A stretch of 64,000 nt of DNA from Trueperaceae bacterium. Lineage in GTDB: Bacteria > Deinococcota > Deinococci > Deinococcales > Trueperaceae. The notes under the pieces were generated by a model, which saw only the letters and a program-made list of their open reading frames with translations, was not told the origin of the DNA and searched no databases. The translations under genes were made by a program, and so were the position numbers. The DNA lies in NCBI GenBank assembly GCA_965215565.1, contig CBDCDZ010000004.1, positions 1,728,001-1,792,000 of the forward strand, in the 5' to 3' direction. This document shows, piece after piece, positions 58,084 through 64,000 of this stretch; position 1 is the first letter of the stretch; each line of letters opens with the position of its first letter.

Positions 58084-58980
58084 ATGAGAAGTAACAAACC
58101 CCGCCCCCTCATCCACATCCTGCTCATCATAAGCTGCTTCATCATCTGCGCGCCGATCCTCTTTGCGCTTATCAAAGCGACGCAGGCGAGGGGGGAGGTG
58201 GTCTCGCCGAGCCTCGTTCCGGGCGGCGAACTCTGGAGCAACATCCGCGCGGTGTGGCAAGGGGCGAACTTGGGCGTGTTCATGCGCAACTCGCTCATCA
58301 TCGCGTTCACGGTCACGGTGGGTAAGACCATCCTCTCGCTCATGGCGGGGATGGCGCTCGTCTTTTTCCGCATCCCGTTTAAGCCGTTCGTCTTCTCCTT
58401 CATCCTTTTCACCCTGATGATGCCCACTGAGGTCCTCATCGTCGGACTCTTTGACCTCGTGTCGCAGCAGCCACCTGATTCGTGGGAAGCGTGGTGGGAC
58501 TGGCTCAGCGATCCGCTGGCGATCCTCACGCGCCCCACCGAATACGGCTTCGGCTGGTCGAACACGTACTGGGCGATCATCGTGCCTTTTCTAGCCTCCG
58601 CGACGGGGACGTTCTTGTTCCGGCAGCACTTCATGTCCATCCCGACGAGTTTAGCTGACGCCGCCAAGATGGACGGCGCGAGCCCCTTGCGCTTCCTCTG
58701 GAGCATCCTCATCCCGATGAGTTGGAATACCATCGGGGCATTGGCGGTCATCCAGTTCGTCTACGTGTGGGACCAGTATCTGTGGCCCTTGGTCATCATC
58801 CGGCGCGAGAGCAAGCAGGTGATTCAGGTCGGGCTCAACCTCATCATCAGCACGGGCGAGGGGACGCAGTGGGGCTACGTGATGGCGGGGGCGCTGCTGG
58901 CGCTCATTCCGCCCCTCATTATCTTCGTAATTTTACAAGAGCAGTTTATGCGAGGTTTTGCGCTCTCGTCGGAGAAGTGA
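58084..58980 (+). CDS. Carbohydrate ABC permease (UgpE-like)
   Basis: SATGTFLFRQHF, DAAKMDGA, WDQYLWPL. Confidence 0.9.
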   Translation: MRSNKPRPLIHILLIISCFIICAPILFALIKATQARGEVVSPSLVPGGELWSNIRAVWQGANLGVFMRNSLIIAFTVTVGKTILSLMAGMALVFFRIPFKPFVFSFILFTLMMPTEVLIVGLFDLVSQQPPDSWEAWWDWLSDPLAILTRPTEYGFGWSNTYWAIIVPFLASATGTFLFRQHFMSIPTSLADAAKMDGASPLRFLWSILIPMSWNTIGALAVIQFVYVWDQYLWPLVIIRRESKQVIQVGLNLIISTGEGTQWGYVMAGALLALIPPLIIFVILQEQFMRGFALSSEK

Positions 58981-59004
58981 ACAACAGGTCTCAGCCGTGA
59001 GGCT

Positions 59005-59088
59005 AGCGGGATGTCATCTGGTCATTAACGCTCTCTCGAGATGATGATCAAGTGGTACCTGCGCCTACTCAAGTGCGTTGCGAAGCTA
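59005..59088 (+). mobile_element. MITE family A, degenerate copy
   Basis: TAGCGGGATGTCATCTGGTCA...GGTACCTGCG. Confidence 0.45.
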
Positions 59089-59107
59089 CCTCATCCTCTC
59101 TTAGTAT

Positions 59108-59218
59108 TAGCAGTTCCAAAACATACTGAGACAGATGAGCGCAGGCATCATCACCAAATGTACGTGTTAAACGTCGCTTCGGACAGTAAGAGTGTTTCAA
59201 ACCAGATGATACCTGCTA
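59108..59218 (-). mobile_element. MITE family A copy (111 bp)
   Basis: TAGCAGTTCCAAAACATACTGAGAC...CCAGATGATACCTGCTA. Confidence 0.85.
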
Positions 59219-59349
59219 CATAACTCGCAAGATTCTCGGTTCGTGCGTTGCCGATAGAAACATCCGCCCCGGGAGGGAGTGGTAGGCTGTCAGGAAGTTC
59301 AGCCACGTAGGGAGTCTATGGACGTATCTAAAGACAGCGCAAAAGAAAC

Positions 59350-60315
59350 GTGACGAAAACCGAAAGTGCCACCTTTACCGATTTCGCCAAGAGGTTCAGC
59401 GAGCTTAGGCGCACCATCGGGCGGGTCATCTTGGGGCAAGAGGGCATCGTCGAAGATTTGCTCATCGTCGTTTTGGCGGGGGGTCACGCGCTCATCGAGG
59501 GCGCGCCGGGGCTCGGCAAGACGCGGCTGGTGCGCGCCTTTTCCGAGGCGACGCAGCTCTCTTTTGGGCGCGTGCAGTTCACCCCTGACCTCATGCCCGC
59601 CGACGTGACGGGAACGACGATTTTACTCGAGCAAGAGGGCGCGTCCCGCTTCGAGTTTCAGCCCGGCCCGGTCTTTACCAACGTGCTTTTGGCCGACGAG
59701 ATCAACCGCGCCACCCCCAAAACACAGTCGTCTTTGCTCGAGGCGATGCAAGAGCGCTCCGTGACGGTCTCGGGCACCGTCCACGCGCTGCCGCGCCCCT
59801 TTATCGCGCTCGCTACGCAAAACCCCCTGGAGATGGAGGGGACCTACCCGCTGCCCGAGGCGCAGCTCGACCGCTTCTTGTTCAAGCTCCTCATCGAGCG
59901 CCCTGACGCGGAGACCTTGCGCCGCATCTTAGAGGCGACGACGGGCGGCGAAGAGGTGACGCTCGAGCCGATCTTCAGCCAAGCCGACCTCTTGAACTTG
60001 CAGCGGATGCTCCGCGCGGTGCCGGTGGCGAGCCGCGCGCTGGAGTACGTCGTCGCGCTCGTCGAGGCGACGCACGCGCACCCGCTCGTGCGCTTAGGCT
60101 CTTCGCCGAGAGGCGCGCAGGCGATGGTCTTAGCGGCGAAGGGCTACGCGCTCGCCGCCGGACGCCCCAACGTCGAGCTAGAGGACATCCGCCGCGCCGC
60201 CCTGCCCGCGCTGCGCCACCGCATCCTCCTGAGCTTCGAGGCGGAAGTCGAGGGGGCTGATACCGACAGCGTGATAGGCGAGGTGCTTAGAGAGACCGGA
60301 AAGGGAAAAAGATAA
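59350..60315 (+). CDS. MoxR family AAA+ ATPase
   Basis: GAPGLGKT, RVQFTPDLMP, LLADEINRA, ATQNPLE, LPEAQLDRF. Confidence 0.93.
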   Translation: MTKTESATFTDFAKRFSELRRTIGRVILGQEGIVEDLLIVVLAGGHALIEGAPGLGKTRLVRAFSEATQLSFGRVQFTPDLMPADVTGTTILLEQEGASRFEFQPGPVFTNVLLADEINRATPKTQSSLLEAMQERSVTVSGTVHALPRPFIALATQNPLEMEGTYPLPEAQLDRFLFKLLIERPDAETLRRILEATTGGEEVTLEPIFSQADLLNLQRMLRAVPVASRALEYVVALVEATHAHPLVRLGSSPRGAQAMVLAAKGYALAAGRPNVELEDIRRAALPALRHRILLSFEAEVEGADTDSVIGEVLRETGKGKR

Positions 60316-60349
60316 CGGTATTTACGTCTGACCCATTTTAGGCTCTCTT

Positions 60350-60844
60350 ATGGAAACGAACTACCTGCCCCAAAATACAGACGCTTTCTACCGTCACACC
60401 CAACGTGCCCCGGCGCTGAGCTGGCTCTTTCTCCTGCTCACCGGTAGCGTCTTCATCTTAATGTTAGCGTATCCAAGTTTGCCCTTCGAGCCCCTGCTCC
60501 TCTTGCTGACACTCATCGGCGGGCTGCTCTACACCTTTTCCACCGTCACCGTCGAAGTGGCGCGGGAGCGCGTGATCGTGTGGTTCGGGCTGCCGATTGA
60601 CCGGGTGGCGATTCCGGTGGAGAACATCATAGAGCACCGAGAGGTCGCGATACCCGCGTGGCGCAAAACGGGGCTGCGCTTTTCCACTGACGCTTCTCGC
60701 TGGCTCTTCGGCTTGCTGAGCCCGGCAGGAGTCGAGCTTCAACTGGCGGACGGGCGCTCCGTCACCATCGGCACGGATAAGCCCGAGGAGCTTCACGCCG
60801 CCATCTCCAAAGCGACGCTACACAAGGCGTTTGAACGCGCCTAG
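60350..60844 (+). CDS. Hypothetical membrane protein
   Basis: Two TM helices plus soluble domain ending IGTDKPEEL. Confidence 0.65.
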   Translation: METNYLPQNTDAFYRHTQRAPALSWLFLLLTGSVFILMLAYPSLPFEPLLLLLTLIGGLLYTFSTVTVEVARERVIVWFGLPIDRVAIPVENIIEHREVAIPAWRKTGLRFSTDASRWLFGLLSPAGVELQLADGRSVTIGTDKPEELHAAISKATLHKAFERA

Positions 60845-60845
60845 T

Positions 60846-60950
60846 TATACGGAATTGCATGACTTACTTGTTCTTACTGAGGGCGTTAGAGCTTACCATC
60901 ACAGATGGGCATAACTTTGTTTTGCAAACAAAGTTATGCAACCTCGTATT
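60846..60950 (-). mobile_element. MITE related to family C, directly before the DUF58 start
   Basis: TIR ATACGGAATTGCATGACTT / AAGTTATGCAACCTCGTAT; 14-bp hairpin GCATAACTTTGTTT-TGC-AAACAAAGTTATGC; shares ACGCCCTCA with the 40378 element. Confidence 0.65.
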
Positions 60951-61826
60951 ATGATTTCGCCTCGCTCCCGCGCCCTCTTAGAGCGCTACACGTTGGCCTC
61001 GCGCGCGCTCAGCCGCACCTCCGGGGAGCGCTTGGCGAGCGAGGCGGGGCAAAGCGTCGAGTTTCACGACTTCCGCCCGTACGGTCCGGGCGACGAACTG
61101 CGCTACGTGGACTGGAAGGTCTACGGGCGTACGGGCAGGCTATACACGCGGCTCTACCAGGCGGAGCGCAACATCGCGGTGCATATTTTGCTAGACTCGA
61201 GCCCCAGCATGGCGCTCGGCAACAAACTCGCTTACGCCCGCATCGTCGCGCAACTTTTGGCTTACGCCGCGCAGGGCTCCGCCGCCCAGATTCACCTCTT
61301 TAACGGCGAGGCGAGCAGGCCGCTCACGGGCAAGCAGCAGGTCCCGGCGGCGTGGTCGTTTATCGACGACGCGCCTGCGCTGAGCGGCGAGTTGCCACCC
61401 AGCACCGCCATCAAAAACTTCGCCTTGCGCTCGCGTTTCGAGGCAGGCACAGGTCTAGCGCTCATCATCTCCGACCTCTTCGACGAGGAGCCCTTACAAA
61501 AGGCGCTCGTCGCGCTGCGAGCGCGCAAGCTCGACGCGAGCTTTTTGCAGCTCATGTCGGTGGGCGACTTGGAACCAGGTGAGGGACGCTTGGAGGTGGT
61601 AGACGCCGAGAGCGGCGCGCGTCTCACCGTTGGACCCGATGAGGTGCGGGCGTACCGGCAAGCCGTCGCTGGTTTCATCGAGCGCACCCGCAAGACCGTC
61701 TTACAGGCAGGCTTTCGCCACACGCTCCTTAGAGTCGGCAGCGAAGACCCGGAACGAGAACAAGAGGTCTTGGAGCGGAGCGCCTTCGCCGCGCTCCTAA
61801 AAGCGGGGATTTTAATTCGGCGTTAG
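60951..61826 (+). CDS. DUF58 family protein (MoxR partner)
   Basis: GQSVEFHDFRPYGPGDELRYVDWK, LDSSPSM, ISDL. Confidence 0.9.
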   Translation: MISPRSRALLERYTLASRALSRTSGERLASEAGQSVEFHDFRPYGPGDELRYVDWKVYGRTGRLYTRLYQAERNIAVHILLDSSPSMALGNKLAYARIVAQLLAYAAQGSAAQIHLFNGEASRPLTGKQQVPAAWSFIDDAPALSGELPPSTAIKNFALRSRFEAGTGLALIISDLFDEEPLQKALVALRARKLDASFLQLMSVGDLEPGEGRLEVVDAESGARLTVGPDEVRAYRQAVAGFIERTRKTVLQAGFRHTLLRVGSEDPEREQEVLERSAFAALLKAGILIRR

Positions 61827-61852
61827 CGCTCTCTGCGGTAAACTAGGCTCAC

Positions 61853-62623
61853 ATGAAGGTCATCGGCGCAAACGTCGGGGGGGACTTCCGGGTTGTGCGT
61901 CAGCTCGCGAGGGGCACACTTGCCCGAATTTACCTCGTGAGCGACGGTAGAAGCGTCAAAGTGCTCAAACTGTTTCCACCTAATTTCGCTGCCAGAGCCG
62001 AGCGCGAACTGCGTATAGGTTGCAGCTTGGACCATCCCCGCCTCAACCCTGTGGAAGCGGGGCTCGAGCTGAGCGGCTACCCCTGCGTCATCATGCCCTT
62101 CGTCCGCGGCGTGCAGCTCAGTGAATGGCTCGTCTATGCGGACCTGGCGCGTTTCATAGCCCTTTTGGGTCAAGTGTTGGAGGGGCTCGAGTACCTCCAC
62201 GCCCAGGGCATCGTCCACCGCGACATCAAGCCGGAGAATATCCTGGTGGACGCGCAAGACGCGCCGCACCTCATCGACTTCGACTTAGCCGTTCACGTCA
62301 ACGAGCCACCTCATAGGGGCGCGGGCACCGTGGCGTATCTCAGCCCCGAGCAAGCGCGAGGGGAGCGGACGACGCCCGCCTCGGACCTCTACGCGGTAGG
62401 CGTCTTGCTCTACCGCGTCTTGACGGGCGAAGTCCCTTTTAGCGGCAGCGTGAATGAGGTCATCACCATGCACCGCGAAGTGACGCCGCTCGCGCCCTCG
62501 AGCTTTAACCCCTCGCTGCAGCCCTTTGATGCGCTGTGCCTCGAGCTACTAGCGAAAGACGCCGAGGCGAGACCGTCAGCAGCGCAGACAATAGCGAAGC
62601 TTCAGGATTTACGCAACATCTGA
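61853..62623 (+). CDS. Hanks-type Ser/Thr protein kinase
   Basis: HRDIKPEN, DFDLA, YLSPEQ, SDLYAVG. Confidence 0.9.
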   Translation: MKVIGANVGGDFRVVRQLARGTLARIYLVSDGRSVKVLKLFPPNFAARAERELRIGCSLDHPRLNPVEAGLELSGYPCVIMPFVRGVQLSEWLVYADLARFIALLGQVLEGLEYLHAQGIVHRDIKPENILVDAQDAPHLIDFDLAVHVNEPPHRGAGTVAYLSPEQARGERTTPASDLYAVGVLLYRVLTGEVPFSGSVNEVITMHREVTPLAPSSFNPSLQPFDALCLELLAKDAEARPSAAQTIAKLQDLRNI

Positions 62624-62701
62624 CGCGCTTCACTGCGCCCTAGCTCCACGAACTTAGATGAACTCGGGTAGCGCCTCCATTTACCGAGTTACAATACCTC
62701 C

Positions 62702-64000
62702 ATGAACGAACGCCTCGCGCTCAGCGCCCTCGCGGTCCTTACCCTTCTCAGCCTCTTCTTCGCGCCTTGGGCAACTTTGGAGCGCGAAATCGGAGCGCGC
62801 AGCTCGCTCCTCTTGCTGCCGAGCCGCACCGTGGACTTCACCGGACGCGCCGCGCCCACCGAAGTGCCGGGGCAGAGCATTGTGCTCGCGGTGAGCGCCC
62901 TCTCGCTCGCGGCGGTTGCGGGGGGCGCGTTCTTGAAAGGGCGCAGGCGCTACGCGGTGTGGCTCGCCTCGGGTCTTATCCTTATCGCGACGACGGCGAC
63001 TGGGCTCGCCAACTTAAATGGTGCGCTGAACGACGCCCGTACCGGCGTGATTGTGAGGAGCGCAGAGCGGACCTTGGAGCGCGGGCGCGGACGCTTCGAC
63101 GAGGACGCGCTGCGCGCCGCGATTGCGGACGCCGAAGACGCCTCCTTCAACGAGACCTTGACCGCCATCCGCGACGCTGGTGTGCGTGTGCGCCGCCTGC
63201 CCTTCTCGGGCTCTGGGATGAACTTAGCTGCGTTCTTGTCTGTCGCCGTCGGCGGCTTGGCGCTCCTCTTAGGACTGCGCGTCTCGCCGCGTCTGAGCCG
63301 AGCGCTAGACCGCGCCTTCGCTACTATCGCCGTGCCCGCCGTCTCCATCGCCCTCGCGCTCGTCGCGGCGGCGGTTGTCGTACTCGGCTTGCAGCCCACG
63401 GCGGTAGGGCAAGGCGTCGAAGTTGAAGGGGCGCTGATGTACCTAACGGGTAGGCTCGACACGCTCTACTTTTCCTACCAAACGCTCTTCTCGGATTCGC
63501 TCGGCACGCTCGGCGGTTTTATGGAGTCCTTGAAGTTCGCTACACCTCTTATCTTTACGGGTTTAGCGGTGGCGTTCGGCTTTCGGGCGGGACTTTTCAA
63601 CATCGGTGCGCCGGGGCAGATGGTTTTAGGCGCAATCTTCGCGGGGCTCGTCGGCATCTACATGCCGGGGCCGCGCTTTATCGTCCTACCTCTTGCGGTC
63701 TTCTCGGCAGCGCTCGGCGGCGGGCTGTGGGGCGCATTACCTGGCTGGCTCAAGGCGCGGTTCGGAGCGAACGAGGTCATCAATACAATTCTCTTGAATT
63801 ACATCGCGGCATCTTTGCTGCTCTTTATCCTCTCGAGTCGTCAAGTCTTCGCCGCGTCGGTACTCTACATGATCTATACCATCGCCGTTTTCGCCCTTAT
63901 CGGTATCGTACTGAGTCTCATTCCACCTGTAAGGAAGTTTTTCGCGAAAGCGCCCAGATTTTCCTTTGCAGGCTTCGGCGTGGTTCTTCTCGTCGCCGTC
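62702..64000 (+). CDS. Nucleoside/sugar ABC permease, truncated at right window edge
   Basis: Manual translation from ATG 62702: ...TPLIFTGLAVAFGFRAGLFNIGAPGQ...LKARFGANEVINTILLNY. Confidence 0.85.
   Translation, partial: MNERLALSALAVLTLLSLFFAPWATLEREIGARSSLLLLPSRTVDFTGRAAPTEVPGQSIVLAVSALSLAAVAGGAFLKGRRRYAVWLASGLILIATTATGLANLNGALNDARTGVIVRSAERTLERGRGRFDEDALRAAIADAEDASFNETLTAIRDAGVRVRRLPFSGSGMNLAAFLSVAVGGLALLLGLRVSPRLSRALDRAFATIAVPAVSIALALVAAAVVVLGLQPTAVGQGVEVEGALMYLTGRLDTLYFSYQTLFSDSLGTLGGFMESLKFATPLIFTGLAVAFGFRAGLFNIGAPGQMVLGAIFAGLVGIYMPGPRFIVLPLAVFSAALGGGLWGALPGWLKARFGANEVINTILLNYIAASLLLFILSSRQVFAASVLYMIYTIAVFALIGIVLSLIPPVRKFFAKAPRFSFAGFGVVLLVAV

Noticed and set aside
59350..62623. MoxR-DUF58-kinase as a novel defence system
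   Set aside because: MoxR with DUF58 is a common chaperone-type module, and nothing beyond adjacency links the kinase to it.
1..64000. rRNA, tRNA, prophage, integrase or transposase genes
   Set aside because: None recognised by manual reading; a tRNAscan/Rfam run would be needed to exclude small RNAs fully.

Overview
GC-rich bacterial chromosome segment, most consistent with Deinococcota (Trueperaceae-like). This is inferred from the short IF2, fused secDF, a plsY-reductase fusion before prmA-rsmE, many leaderless-type starts and Deinococcus SRE-like repeats. Gene blocks from left to right: a LIV-type ABC transporter plus acyl-CoA ligase operon; a HAD-UbiA/DprE1/DprE2/flippase-like/DUF2079 cluster (candidate arabinofuranosylation system); an aminotransferase; MFS and GNAT genes; rimP-nusA-ylxR-infB; a low-GC islet (pip, kinase, toxin-antitoxin remnants); malic enzyme; chrA; an interrupted Nif3 gene; hydrolase-sdpR-sdpI; an AbrB/VapC toxin-antitoxin pair; secDF with a signal-peptide uORF; plsY-fusion/prmA/rsmE; a nitrate/nitrite assimilation and siroheme operon; galE; XRE, GAF and HIT genes; fumC; a Ugp-like ABC transporter; moxR/DUF58; a Ser/Thr kinase; and a truncated ABC permease. 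Most notable: (1) a 102-codon secretory uORF ending KLRLEGG whose last codons pair with RNA just before the secDF Shine-Dalgarno, a candidate new translation-arrest monitoring peptide; (2) dense intergenic MITE families, themselves invaded by 20-26 nt micro-modules, one copy of which supplies the nirB C-terminus; (3) a PlsY/acyl-ACP-reductase-like fusion; (4) the DPA-type arabinose donor cluster with DUF2079. Three genes carry single lesions that may be assembly errors. No rRNA, tRNA, CRISPR array or transposase was seen. All calls come from manual reading; no database searches were run.
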